A DNA stretch of 50,933 nucleotides from Craspedostauros australis (GCA_030167865.1 JALAGF010002054.1:1-50933); one strand, 5' to 3'. Positions 11,483 through 23,377 are shown, counted from the first letter of the stretch. Numbers and translations are program-made. The notes: generated from the letters alone by a model not told the origin.

Positions 11483-13955
11483 ATGACAGAAACAAACGCC
11501 CTCGGATACGCCAAGCTGAACGCCAAGACGCCCGTTCCATCCGACATTGAGGTCAGCCAGCAGATCGTCAAGGAGGTTGGTCTCTTGCCCGTCGCGGATG
11601 TGGCCAAGCAGTGAGTTCGACAATCGGTTATGACATGATGTCTGTTCTACTCCATGATACCTTGTCTTGACTTCACTTGACTTCACTTGACTTGTCTTAC
11701 TCTACGTCGGCATGCCTGGCATCTCCACTCATGCACAAAGGAAAGCCTTTCTCACAACAATCTCACAACAATCTCACAACCATATTCACATTCGTATCCA
11801 TTCTCGTGTCATTCCTTGCTCTGCAGAGTCGGTCTGGCAGATGATGAGGTGATCGCTTGGGGAATTGCCAAGGCCAAGATCTCACTCAAGGCGCGCGATC
11901 GCCGTGCGGATCAGCCCGATGGCAACTACGTCGTCGTGACGGGGATCAACCCAACGCCGTTGGGAGAAGGCAAGTCCACCACCACGATCGGTCTGGCGCA
12001 GGCCCTCGGTGCCATCCTGGGAAAGAAGACCGTCGCCTGCATCCGCCAACCCAGCCAGGGTCCCACCTTCGGCATCAAGGGCGGTGCGGCCGGCGGCGGG
12101 TACGCCCAGGTCGTCCCCATGGAAGAATTCAACCTCCATCTCACGGGCGATATCCACGCCGTCACGGCCGCCAACAACCTCCTCGCCGCCGCCGTCGACA
12201 CGCGCATGTTCCACGAGGCCAGCCAGTCCGACGAGGCCCTCTTCAAGCGTCTCTGTCCGCCCGGCAAGGATTTCTCGCCCGTCATGAAGCGCCGTCTGCG
12301 CAAGCTCGGCATCGACGATACCCTCAAGCCGGACGACCTCACGCCTGATCAGAAGAGCGCGTTTGCGCGATTGGATCTGGATCCCGATACCGTCACGTGG
12401 CAGCGCGTTCTCGATACCTGCGATCGTCATTTGCGCAGCGTCACGGTGGGCCAGGGGAAGAAGGAGACCGTCAAGTCCAAGACGCAGGAAGGTCAGCGCG
12501 AGCAGCACTCTCGTGCCACGGGATTCGATATCACCGTCGCCTCCGAGGTCATGGCCGTTCTGGCCTTGGCCAAGAATCTTGCGGATCTCAGGGACAAGGT
12601 ACGTACCAAAAGAATGTCCGATATGCTCTGTCTTGCCTGCTTGGCATGGTTTTGCATGGCTTGGCTTGGATGCTTGTGTCGATTGCTATTGTGTTTGAAT
12701 GTTACTGTGTTGAGTGTTGGGCGTTCTTGTGGTTATTGTTACTGGTTGCATGCATTGTCCTGCTCCACTCTGCCCCCGCACGGTTTAAATGCCCACACTT
12801 GCATCCAACATCACACTCACATTGTACCATGCAAACACCATACCTCCAAACACAATCACAACCACAAACTCGGATACGGAATATCGACATGCACAGCTCG
12901 GTGCTATGGTCGTCGGCTATTCCCGTGGAGGCAAGCCAGTCACAGCGGACGACTTGGGTTGCGGCGGAGCATTGACTGTCCTCATGAAGGACGCCCTCAT
13001 GCCAACGCTCATGCAGACCGTGGAACGCACGCCGGTCCTTGTGCATGCCGGACCATTCGCCAACATCGCGACTGGAAACTCCAGCGTCGTCGCGGATGAG
13101 ATCGCCCTCAAGCTGGTCGGCGAGGATGGATTCGTCGTCACGGAGGCAGGCTTCGGTGCCGATATTGGAATGGAGAAGTTCTTCAACATCAAGTGCAGGT
13201 ACAGTGGCCTCAAGCCCAAGGCGGCCGTCATCGTCGCCACCGTCCGTGCGCTCAAGATGCACGGCGGCGGTCCACCCGTCAGCGCAGGCAAGCCGCTGCA
13301 GAAGGAGTACACGGAAGAGAACGTGGAGCTCCTGCAGAAGGGCGTCGTCAACCTCGTCAAGCACATTCAGAACGCGAAGAAGTTCGGCGTCAACGTCGTG
13401 GTTGCCGTCAACAAGTTCAAGACGGACACCGACGCCGAGATCGAGGTGGTCCGCAAGGCCGCGCTCGATGCCGGTGCCTACGATGCCGTCCTCTCCAATC
13501 ATTGGGCCGAGGGTGGCCAGGGTGCCGCCAATCTCGGTGAGGCCGTCGTCAAGGCCTGCCAGGCCAACGACTCCGCCAACTTCAAGTTCCTCTACGGCCT
13601 CGACCTCAGCATCAAGGAGAAGATCGAATCCATCAGCCGCGAGATCTACGGCGCCGACGGCGTCGATTACTCTGACGTCGCCAACCAGCAGATCGCGCAG
13701 TACGAAAAGGCGGGATTCAACAAGCTGCCCATCTGCATCGCCAAGACGCAGTACAGCTTCAGCTGCGATCCGGCCGCCAAGGGAGTTCCAAAGGGATTCC
13801 GCATCACGGTCCGCGAGATCCGCAGCTGCGCCGGCGCTGGCTTCCTCTACCCCATCTGCGGAGACATCATGACCATCCCTGGCCTCCCGACCCGACCGGG
13901 CTTCTACGATGTCGACATTGACACGGAAACTGGTGATGTCATCGGACTCTTTTAG
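11483..13955 (+). CDS. FTHFS: Formate--tetrahydrofolate ligase (monofunctional FTHFS, 652 aa); exons 11483-11610, 11827-12598, 12897-13955
   Basis: Exon 1 encodes [26 protein letters not shown]. Hallmark motifs: [79 protein letters not shown]. Introns 11611-11826 and 12599-12896 have GT-AG ends that keep the frame. Confidence 0.97.
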
Positions 13956-14405
13956 ATGATAGCCTGTGCATGCTGACGTACGATCTTGATGAAAATCGCA
14001 ATACAAATAGCGCTACTCCACGGTATGTAGTTTTACACTACGCAATGCCATGGATCGGTACGAGTGATACATGGTGTGTACATTGTATAATACTAATTCT
14101 ACTCTACTATACTCCACAAGTATGTACCTGTGTGGCGACGTGGAGGATTCGTTGTATGGTGCCGCATGCTGTATGCTGCATGTATGGAAAGGATCAGCAA
14201 AGAGACGGAGAGACAAGACACGGTCGAACATATCGGCCCGACCGCTGCATGCCTGCGTCTGCATCCAGATCTCTATCTCCACCTTGCTTGTACGCATCCG
14301 TGGCTTGGCTGCGCAAACATCCAAACATAAAGTTGCTTTCGCCACCGGCGTCATCACCAGCACGAGAGAAACGTCAGAGGTACACCAATCCAATTTCCAC
14401 CCCAA

Positions 14406-17327
14406 CTACTGATGTTGTGCGTCGGTCTCTTCGTTGCTTTCGTCCGCAGGTGCGCCATCTCGCCCCTCCATCTCCTGCAGATACTTGATCACATGAGCAG
14501 CACCAGCCGACTTTGCTTCGTCCATGACGTTGTTGCCCCAGCGATCCACCACTTCAAGATCGGCATCGAACTCCACCAGCACCTTCAAGGCCGTGAGGTT
14601 GCCTTCCGCTGCAGCCACGTGCACAGCAGCGCGCTTATCGTAGTCGGAAGCGTTCACATTCATCCTCGCCGTGAGAAGGCTTCGCAGCCGCACGATATCA
14701 CCGTTGAAGACAGCGGCGCACAGGATCGATGCGGACTTGGCGTCGCTCATGCACAGCTTGCCACCGGCATTGAGCAGTATCCGCATGATCTTGTCATGGC
14801 CGTTGCGCGTGGCTTCGTACAACGCGGATGTGCCGTGCATGTCGGTGAGGTTTGGGTTGGCATGGAATTCGAGCAGCTTCTCCACGGCCTCCTGGTTGCC
14901 CTTCATGGATGCCACCATGAGGGCCGTGCGGAAATCGTAGTCGGCGCTGTTGGGGTCGAATCCTTGGTTGCACATGAGCGTGATCGTGTCGGTGTCGGAT
15001 CGCGATGCCGCGAAGAGGAACCGGGTCGTGTGGTCGTCCTTCTGCTTGTTCTTGTGCATTCGCACGAGATTCTGCACGCCGGTCAAGGCGGCTCGAGCAT
15101 GCGCCGTCGCCACCGTCTGGCGTCGGTCATCGTGATCATCGACCATCTTCATGAGGTTCTGATCGAAGACGGACCCGGCTCGGACGAAGTGCAGCCTCTT
15201 GGCGGCGGTCGGATCGGACGATGCCTCGGAGGCGTCCTCCTTGTCCTGCAGGGCAGTGATGAGGTCCTCCACCTTGCGCAGCAGGTTCTCCAGTATCTTG
15301 CCGGCGCTGCTGGGATGATCCTGCGCCAGCATCTTGTATGCCGTGCGTGAGATGCTGAGGGTCTTGCAGACCGTCTTGGTGCGAACGGTGTCGACCTCCG
15401 GCGTCGCCGTGAAGAAGCCGATCTCGTTGATGAAGTTTCCGTCGTAGATCTCTTCGTCGGCGTTGGTGGCACCGTGTCCCGGCACGCCACCGTACTCCAC
15501 GGTGTCCGCGATGCTGCTGGTGCCGTGGTAGGTGTTGGCGCCGCCGATGCCATCGCTCTCGCTGGCGGTGCGCGTGTTGGAGATCCACGGCATGACCCGG
15601 ACGATGCCATCGACGAGGAGGTATAGATCGGAGGCCGTCTTGCCGCGCATGAGGAGCTCCTCGCCGGGGCTGAATATTTCCACGCGGCATGCCGAGAGGA
15701 ATTCGTCCATGAACTGCCTGCGCATGCCGTCCATGAGCTGGGTGCAGGTGAGGTAGGGCACGTAGAGGCGACGCAGCACCTTGCGTCGGACCTCGTCGGG
15801 GAAGTTTGAGAGGACGTTCTCATCCGACAGCTCCTGGTTCTTGAACTCTAGGTAGAGCTGCGTCTTGAGGCGCTTGTGAAAGGCGGGTTGCAAGTCGTGA
15901 AGGTTGGCGTAGCGGTTGAGCTCGAATAGGCTCTCGCGGAAGTTTCCCGTCTTTTCATCATTCTTGACGATGAGGAGGGTGATGGAACCGATGATCCATG
16001 AGTTGACGATGATGTTGAGGAGCATGTAGATCATGCCCCATATCTGCTCGATGACGTTGACGGGCGAGTAGTCGCCGTATCCCACCGTGGTGAAGGTGAC
16101 GATGGACCAGTAGAGGGCGGTCATGTAGCGCTCGAAGTCTGAGACGTCGTCCTCGTCCATGAGGGATGGTCCGATCCAGGTCTGGTCTGGGTCGAAGTCG
16201 TACCTGCGCGCGATGTAGTACATGGTGCAGGCCGCCGAGTGGGACCACATGAGAGCGACGAAGAAGTTGCGGATGAGGGTGAGCCAGATGAGGGAGATGC
16301 GCGTGTTGTACTTGAGGCTGTGGAATATCTCTCTGACGCGGTAGAAGCGGATGAGACGGATGAGGCGCACGAGGGAGAGCCAGTGGGCCATATCTGAATC
16401 GCGGGCTTCCCCCTTCTTGTGTATCTCGCCGGTGATGGAGAGGAGCGTGACGTAGAAGGGCAGGATGCTGATGATGTCGACGAAGAGCATGTTGTGCCTG
16501 TAGTTGATGGCGATCTTGCGACGGTCGACGATCATGTCGTCATGCTCGTCGAAGTAGGCCACGTGGAAGCGAATGAGTATGTCCATGACGAAGATGGAGA
16601 TGAGGAGGTATTCGACGATGGCCGTGCCCTCCGAGAAGGGTCGGAAGCCCGCGGGTGGGAAGGCGATGAGGTAGGTCTCGAAGAAGACGGTGAAGATGGC
16701 GGCGACGACGGTGACCGTCCGCCATGCCTTGTACCACGGATTCCACGGCAGGATGACGAGCTTGTCCCATAGTTCTAGGCAGGCGTTGCGCTGGTTTGGC
16801 TCTGGGGGGTCGTTGGCATGCGCCGCAGCAGCCTGGCGCTTGAGCTCGCTGTGCATGCGCTTGCGTTCCGACGCCGAAGTGAGGCCAGAGACGATGACGC
16901 TTCCCGTCCTGTGGCTTTGGTTCCGAAGGCTCCTGCCGTCCCTGTCCTGGCCGTCCAGTCCCCTCAAAGTCCTCATGGCCTCCGACGAGCTCGTCGCTGA
17001 TCGCGTCCAGGTATCTGCCCCGTTGGTGTCTTTCGTTGGCCGTGGTTGGAGCTGTGTCCTGGGCTGTGGCCTGGGCTGTGGCCTGAGCTGTGGCTGTACT
17101 CGTCTGGGCACCTCTTGGGTTGCTGGTTCAGGGGCTGGCTCAGCGGCTGGTTCAGCTGCGACCCTGTTGCCATTGGCATGGACATCACGAAGAGCAGCAT
17201 TAGGAGATTGTGAGCCAGGTGCTCCGTTCGAAACCTCCTCCGACAGGCTGCCGTGGACGCCAACGTTCGTCCCAGGCATCACATCGTCACCGCCGTCGCT
17301 GCCGCTCTCATCCACCTGGTTGTCCAT
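14406..17327 (-). CDS. Plant Shaker-like (AKT/KAT-type) potassium channel with cyclic-nucleotide-binding homology domain and ankyrin repeats
   Basis: Six hydrophobic segments, S4 LVRLIRLIRFYRVR, pore YWSIVTFTTVGYGD, CNBD (FSPGEELL...LYLLVDG...EIGFF) and ankyrin repeats (DYDFRTALMVAS, GTSALYEA, DYDKRAAVHVAAAEG). First ATG at 17327; the frame is open upstream to GTG 17399. Confidence 0.93.
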   Translation of the reverse strand: MDNQVDESGSDGGDDVMPGTNVGVHGSLSEEVSNGAPGSQSPNAALRDVHANGNRVAAEPAAEPAPEPATQEVPRRVQPQLRPQPRPQPRTQLQPRPTKDTNGADTWTRSATSSSEAMRTLRGLDGQDRDGRSLRNQSHRTGSVIVSGLTSASERKRMHSELKRQAAAAHANDPPEPNQRNACLELWDKLVILPWNPWYKAWRTVTVVAAIFTVFFETYLIAFPPAGFRPFSEGTAIVEYLLISIFVMDILIRFHVAYFDEHDDMIVDRRKIAINYRHNMLFVDIISILPFYVTLLSITGEIHKKGEARDSDMAHWLSLVRLIRLIRFYRVREIFHSLKYNTRISLIWLTLIRNFFVALMWSHSAACTMYYIARRYDFDPDQTWIGPSLMDEDDVSDFERYMTALYWSIVTFTTVGYGDYSPVNVIEQIWGMIYMLLNIIVNSWIIGSITLLIVKNDEKTGNFRESLFELNRYANLHDLQPAFHKRLKTQLYLEFKNQELSDENVLSNFPDEVRRKVLRRLYVPYLTCTQLMDGMRRQFMDEFLSACRVEIFSPGEELLMRGKTASDLYLLVDGIVRVMPWISNTRTASESDGIGGANTYHGTSSIADTVEYGGVPGHGATNADEEIYDGNFINEIGFFTATPEVDTVRTKTVCKTLSISRTAYKMLAQDHPSSAGKILENLLRKVEDLITALQDKEDASEASSDPTAAKRLHFVRAGSVFDQNLMKMVDDHDDRRQTVATAHARAALTGVQNLVRMHKNKQKDDHTTRFLFAASRSDTDTITLMCNQGFDPNSADYDFRTALMVASMKGNQEAVEKLLEFHANPNLTDMHGTSALYEATRNGHDKIMRILLNAGGKLCMSDAKSASILCAAVFNGDIVRLRSLLTARMNVNASDYDKRAAVHVAAAEGNLTALKVLVEFDADLEVVDRWGNNVMDEAKSAGAAHVIKYLQEMEGRDGAPADESNEETDAQHQ

Positions 17328-18567
17328 TGTTGGAGCACTTCCAGAGATTGATTGGTTCGCTCTTCCTTGAATCTCTCCTCTTGGAATTCTTGGAATCACA
17401 CCCTTGGTCTATCGCTAGATTGATCGCTTTCCTTTCCTTTGCTTAGCTTAGCTTTTGCGGCTGCTCAGATGTGGATTGTGTATAGTAGAATAGCATGGAT
17501 CTTGTCATCCTCTGGACTCTCTGAACTTTCCCACACTTCCTTCCTCCCATCTTGTGGAACATCGTCTTTCTGTTTGGCGCCACCACTGCATCCACTGCAT
17601 CCACTGCGGTCACCACAACCTTCACAGCTTGTCGTGTTTCGATAATGCGAACGGTTTTCGACTTTTATGATGTCTTTGTGGACAAATGCTGCGAACCTCT
17701 CTCTCGTTCCACCTCCTCCGCGTGCTTTGTGGTTAAACACATTCGTGATTGTTGTCTCCGAGTTGGGGCAATTCTGCTGTTTTCTTCTTCACAAATGGCC
17801 AAACTTCCGGTGTTGAATCGTGAACTTCGGTTCGTCGTTGCGCTTGTGTTTTGCTTGTTGAATGGTACTCAACGACTTCTCTGGTACAATCACGATGGTA
17901 TGTATTCTTGCTCACTATCAATCATGATTCAACGTGTTCACCGCAGACCCCACATGAAACGTGCTTCCTCCCTTTTTCGATTCTTCCAGGTTCAGCCGCC
18001 GATTCATGTCGCATCGTCGATCGTTGTGACACGCAGTTAACGACAACAATGGGAGCAATAGCGCCAGCACAGGGTCAACAAAGTACCAGCAACTGCACGC
18101 GTCGGCGTAAGAGCAGAACGTGACCGCAACAACGTGGAAGCTTGATCTTCGGCACGCTCTCAACTCCACGACCACCTCCTCCACGCGACCATTCGTTGAT
18201 GGCAGCAGAAATTGATGGAGCGAGATGGGGATCATCTGACGCTGAGCGCCAAAGTGCCGGCGGAGAACGGCAGAACGTGATGTCTGGGTCACCATCCACT
18301 CTGTTGTCGATATCTCATAGAATACGTAGAAAGTTGAAGCATCTCCTTTGCTTTTGGTGCGCTGCCTCAGAGCCACCATGCTCCCAAAATTGCGGCTGAA
18401 TGGTATCATATAATAGATCGTGCTTGTACTCTGCAGGCACGTGCCATGATCGGACGTATTATCCATACGATCATGAGCCACGGAACCGCGAAGTGAAACG
18501 GACCAGGAGCCGTTGGGCGAGCAGCGTTACCCCTGGCAACCTCACTCGGATGCACTTGTTGTCTTGC

Positions 18568-18594
18568 TTGGTTGGTTGGTTGGTTGGTTGGTTG
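18568..18594 (+). repeat. (TTGG)n microsatellite
   Basis: Directly visible. Confidence 0.9.
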
Positions 18595-20042
18595 CTATGT
18601 ACTATGAAACTTGGTGTTCCTCCGTTGGTTCGTCTCACGAGCGGGATGTGCTCTCGTTTTATCATCGCAAGAAACGTCATGGATATCGTTCACATCAGTG
18701 ATTGGATCAACACGCCCTGATAAAACCCAGATAGAGGAGAGGAGGCCACCCAGACATCGTACGTATGTGCAATTGTCAGAAGCGGAAGTTCGCTACTTTT
18801 GTCAACCGAAGGTTTGAATCACTTGCTTCTTCGGTTAGGGGTTCGCCGGTTGGCATTTGATTGCCCGACGAGCTCTTTGGGCAGAGAGCCCGTTGCTTGG
18901 CGTGATCGACTGCGTCGTCCGCCGTTCCGCCCCAGAGTTCCATTGTTCATTGTTGACAAACAAGAGAGACAGAGAGGGGGCATCGTTCTTGGCGCATTTG
19001 TGCGTGTATGCAAGCAGTTTGATCCCCGATATTCCGTTTTGTTCGTGATTTCTTGGTAGCTGGGCGCAAAATTCCCATTGTCATGATACTTTGGTTTCGA
19101 TGGAGGCGAACATCTCACCATTTCCAAAAGGTACAAGCACAACGTTTGCAAGCCCCCAAGGACTGACCCCACAGTCGCAGAAATGGAAACACCATGCGTG
19201 ACGGCAACGCATCGTTGCCCGCTGAGCGCATCGCTTCACATCATTGGACATGGATGGCAATGGATCAACAATCCCGTGTTTGTGAATTTCCGGCTGCGTT
19301 GGTGGTGGTCTTCCTTGGCGCGTTGGGTGGTGCTGATTCTCTCCTTCTCTTTCGCATCGCTGCGTCTGCTCACGTTTTGCATTTTGCACTTGCATGGGTG
19401 CGATGCACGTCGCCGACATCCGGGGCCGTCTTGAATCGTACTCGTGCCTCCTGCTATACTTTGTTGGCGCGATCAGCACCTACGAGTCAGAATTAGACCA
19501 GAGCAACAGCTGCGCAGCTGGGACTGGAGCGAAGGGTCTCGTGATGATGATGATGACTTGCTTGGCCCTGAAGATACTTGCTGCTTCAGATTCAGTCTCC
19601 GATCGTCCGCACTCGTAGTCGTAGTTGCACTCCTACTTGCACAATCGAAGCGTGAAGTGCCATGGTCGTACCTCTTTGAAGCCCTTCGCTTTGGTGTGTG
19701 CGTCTTGCCTGTTGGGATGGCACCGATCCGTCATGTGCTTCCCCAACAGTGTTGCGCGAATATGCTAGTACCTGCTCCTACAATGCTCATGCACTGGTTG
19801 CATGTTGTATCGTGCATTCCGGGCCTCAGCCAAGGCGCTTGACGTCGAAAGATGCACAGCCATGTGGTGATGTTGTTGCTGCGGAAGCGTGTACTCCAAG
19901 GTCTGCTCGGATCTCGTTGTGAATCAAGGCCTAATTCGTGTGATAATGCAGTGTACTATATTACTCGTAGATCATCGCGATCGCATACGACGTGTTCCCC
20001 CACGGCCGTCTTCGCCCTTGTCGACTCTGCTGCACTCGTGCT

Positions 20043-20750
20043 CTACCATCCCTTCATGGCTTCTCTCGCGTCGATGCGAGCGACTCTGTACGCTGCTGCC
20101 TGACAATGCCGAGTGGCTTGCTGGTACGAGCGAGCGATTCTTGCGGCATCGTTCTCGTCTCCCAGCAGGCCCTGCTGCAGCTCCTGCTCGCTCATCACCA
20201 CGCGCAGCGCAGCCTGGCGGCTCTTCTGCTTCTTCTCGGCGACTCTGGAAACACGGCTTTCCAATCCGCGGATGGTGCTGGTTGCCATCAGCGTGGAGTC
20301 CACGCTGCAGCTTCCGTCGCAGGGCTGGTCCTGCTGCTGCCGCGATGCTGCGATGTCTTTGAGGAGCTGCGTGTCGCTTTCCTTCATCTGGCGCAGATCG
20401 TGCTTGTTGTACCACAGCTGCTGCGTCATCTCGTCGGAGTAATCGTCGAGGCCTGGCACCAGGCGGGCTCTGACGCTGGTGCAGAACGCGACCTGCTTCC
20501 TGGCCTGCTTCATGCTGCAATCGTCGGCTGGCACCATCTGGCGGCACGCGTCCCTCACGTTGGTGTTCGTCGCGTAGTGGTGGCATGCCTTGCGGCCCAC
20601 CGAGATGGTGGAGTGCTCCGATGTCTCCGTAGGATCGGGCGAGGCTGCGGCCGGTGGAGCTGGCGGGACCTTCATGTGGCTCATGGCTCGCTTGGGTTCG
20701 ACGTTGATGACTTGCATCTGCTGTCTGTGCTGTGGTTGTCTTGGGGCCAT
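20043..20750 (-). CDS. Uncharacterised 'VxF-WY-RGLE-EQ' family protein, member 1 (235 aa)
   Basis: RKQVAF...LWYNKHDL...IRGLESR...VMSEQELQ...IARSY...DAREA; aligns with three other ORFs in the window. Confidence 0.85.
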   Translation of the reverse strand: MAPRQPQHRQQMQVINVEPKRAMSHMKVPPAPPAAASPDPTETSEHSTISVGRKACHHYATNTNVRDACRQMVPADDCSMKQARKQVAFCTSVRARLVPGLDDYSDEMTQQLWYNKHDLRQMKESDTQLLKDIAASRQQQDQPCDGSCSVDSTLMATSTIRGLESRVSRVAEKKQKSRQAALRVVMSEQELQQGLLGDENDAARIARSYQQATRHCQAAAYRVARIDAREAMKGW

Positions 20751-22106
20751 GTTGGAGTTGTTTGTTTGTTTGTGATGTGTTGTGTTGTGTGTGCGAGTGT
20801 GGCTGTGAGTGTGAGATTAGCTTGTGTTGGTTGCTGTTTGCGTTTGGTGTGGTGTTCGATTTGTGAGATGAAACGGGGCACAAAGCTGGCTGAGAGTGTT
20901 TTTCTTTGTGTGGCTCAAAATTCGCGTCTGCTTGCCCACAGCACCTCCCAAGCATCCGCTACTCTCCTTTTCCTCTCGTTCTTTTTTCTTCGTTGACACC
21001 GTCCAACCCTGTTCGCCAGATCGCTTCAACACGCAGTTGTCAGCGTCGGCGACGTCCGGCGTTGGGCGCTGGGGATTGGACTTGCCGGAACCCACAAAGG
21101 CGGAGCACGCCGTCTCGTTTCATCAGCGTGACAAGCTCACCAACACGGTTTGTGTTGTTTGTTTGTTGCGCACAGGCTTTTGCTGCGCGTGTCAGACATG
21201 GAGGGCGATCCGGGTTTGTCGAACCGTTTCGGTTAAGTATATTATCGTCCGCGAGGAACAAAGTCCCCGTGATTCCACCATCCAAACACGCCCAAGGAGC
21301 GACGAACCAGAGACAGTCGCTGATACAAAGTCAGACACGAGTGTCAACAGTGTTGATATTTGATTGCAATTCAACTTCCAATTGTGCTGGTTGAGATGTC
21401 GCAATCGGTAGACACTTCTCCTGTTGAGGTACAGATGCCTCTCTGTGATTTCTCAGCGGTACTCCGTTGTCCAATGAGGAGACCGGAATAGGACATGGAA
21501 ATCACCCTGGGACCGATCCCAGTTTTCAGTGCGTCTGTTGCGCGATAGCGCCATGGTCGCAATTGCAATACTCATTCGTGTCCCATTCTCGGGAATGGTA
21601 ATGGTCGATGGAGTCGATTCGGGCTTGAGATCAGCATCCCTGGTCGTGTCAATTTCGTTTAGTCACGTCAATTGGTGAGTGACTGAGTAAGATTGTCGTT
21701 GTTGTCGTTGTTGTTGTCGCCGGAAGGGGGCACTCTCGCAACGCACGCAATCGAACGAGGAGAGTGTTGGTGCCGAGCGAGGAGTCCGCAGAGTATGGTA
21801 CTATACTCTATGCTGATACGAGCATCGGTTGATGTTGCCGCCGGAGTATGTAGAGCGTCTCATTTCACTCCACTCCATTCTACTTCACTCGACGCTTACA
21901 ATCACTGTGAGAAGGTCATGGCATCATGTTGGACATGATGTTGTAAGTAGTGCATTGACTATCGTGAAGCCGAGCATTGTGATGAGTTGTCTAGGTCGTA
22001 TGATCGCGCCCCATGGTATTGTATCACGGAGGACTAATATCCCTAACGAGAAATGGATAAGATCGAGTTTCCACCATCTACGCACTCGACACTGCTCGAT
22101 GCACGC

Positions 22107-23306
22107 TTAGTTGGCGAATCCTCTGTACTCTCCTTTCGACTCGTCGAGATCTGGCGTGAAGCTATCACTCATGTCACCCAAGGCGCCGGAGTCGATGACG
22201 TCCTCCTGCAGGTTGGCCCATTGCGTGGCGACCTGCTTCTCCATCTCGTTCTTCGCCCGGAAGCCGAAGCTCTTGCTGCGGACGCTCTTGAGCTGCGCGA
22301 TGGAAGAGGCCATGAAGCTGCCCACGTACTCCAAATTCTGAATGACGGGGAGGCCGTTCGCATCCACCTTGGCACCGTATCCTGGCACGCATTCCTTGCG
22401 GACGATGGCCGAGGTGAATCCGGCATCCTTCAGGCGAGCCAGCTCGTTGACGAAGGCATTCTCGGCCGGCTTGACCCGAATGGATCCAACGATGGGGATG
22501 CGTTTGGAGAGGGCCTTTGGTATCTGCGGCAATGCGGTGCCGGGAGCGGGTTCGGCCTCCTCGTCCGCATCAGCCTCATCATCGGCAGCTTTCTCGCCAG
22601 CCGTGCTTTCATCAGCATCTGTCAGGGCAACGTTGACCGTCAGCATCACCGAGACCGGGTCCTCCCCGAGGATGTCGGCCACCTTCTCGACCACGATTGT
22701 GACGTCGCTCTCGCTCCACGACTCGGCGGTGGACTCCTCGATGATGATCTCCGGAACGGGCTGCAGGCCGGCGCCGAGCACCATCTCGCACGATGCCGAC
22801 AGATCGCTGGATGCGAGATCGTCCGCGCTGGCAATGTTCTCGCAGGACACGACCATCCCGGTGGCGCCAGCATCTGCAGCTCGCTCCAGCAGGTGCTCCA
22901 TGTCCTCGTCATCATCCGTGTCATCGGAGCTCGCGCAGTAGACGACGGGCAAGGGACCCGGGAACTGGCCACGCGCCTCCTCCTGCTCAGAGCAGATGGT
23001 CCGCAAGGCCGAGATGGCACCGTCCACGAAGATGGCATTGGCGTTGGCCTGCTTCCTCAGCTTGACGGACATCCCGTTGAGGGCGGTGGCCTGCAGCAGC
23101 AGCGCAGTGGGGTTGTCATTCTGGCTGGAGATGTAGATCTCCGGGCTGATCGTCAGCTTGCCCGAAGGCGAGGAAAATGCTCCGAAGCACGCCGCCTTGT
23201 TCTCCTGCGCCGTGCGTCGTGCCGCCAGTCCGGACACTGCAGCAGGCGAAGACAGCAGCACGGTGAACAATGCTGACAGCTGTGCGGCGGTCATGATGAA
23301 CTTCAT
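22107..23306 (-). CDS. Signal-peptide-bearing, probably plastid-targeted, IGPS-like TIM-barrel protein
   Basis: ATG 23306 gives the hydrophobic leader MKFIMTAAQLSALFTVLLSSPAAVSG/LAARR. The alternating strand/helix pattern (ISPEI, AIFV, PVVY, AGATGMVV, GLQPVPEI, IVGSI, AGFTSAIV) resembles indole-3-glycerol-phosphate synthase. The gene itself is well supported; the family assignment is tentative. Confidence 0.7.
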   Translation of the reverse strand: MKFIMTAAQLSALFTVLLSSPAAVSGLAARRTAQENKAACFGAFSSPSGKLTISPEIYISSQNDNPTALLLQATALNGMSVKLRKQANANAIFVDGAISALRTICSEQEEARGQFPGPLPVVYCASSDDTDDDEDMEHLLERAADAGATGMVVSCENIASADDLASSDLSASCEMVLGAGLQPVPEIIIEESTAESWSESDVTIVVEKVADILGEDPVSVMLTVNVALTDADESTAGEKAADDEADADEEAEPAPGTALPQIPKALSKRIPIVGSIRVKPAENAFVNELARLKDAGFTSAIVRKECVPGYGAKVDANGLPVIQNLEYVGSFMASSIAQLKSVRSKSFGFRAKNEMEKQVATQWANLQEDVIDSGALGDMSDSFTPDLDESKGEYRGFAN

Positions 23307-23334
23307 CTTTTCAACGTGCTTCTGCAATGTGTCC

Positions 23335-23377
23335 GTATCGGTATCGGTATCGGTATCGGTATTGGTACTGGTACTGG
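23335..23377 (+). repeat. (GTATCG)n hexamer repeat just upstream of the 23306 start
   Basis: Directly visible. Confidence 0.9.

Noticed and set aside
11687-13099. 470-aa and 388-aa ORFs (11687-13099, 12789-13955) as two genes or a frameshifted FTHFS
   Set aside because: Both are intron read-through; canonical GT-AG splicing joins three exons into one intact FTHFS.
12702-14006. Long antisense ORFs over coding genes (also 8586-9293, 14412-15350, 22053-23276, 37645-38937, 40089-40757)
   Set aside because: Shadow frames produced by GC3-biased codons of the real gene on the opposite strand; no motifs of their own.
17328-20042. Numerous 60-190 aa ORFs in long intergenic regions (also 23400-25500, 26440-29490, 33500-36790)
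   Set aside because: No codon bias, motifs or consistent splice structure; likely chance ORFs.
21371-21650. Minus-strand fragment EITERHLYLNRR resembling an RNI-like C-cap
   Set aside because: Too short and interrupted by a stop to support a pseudogene call.
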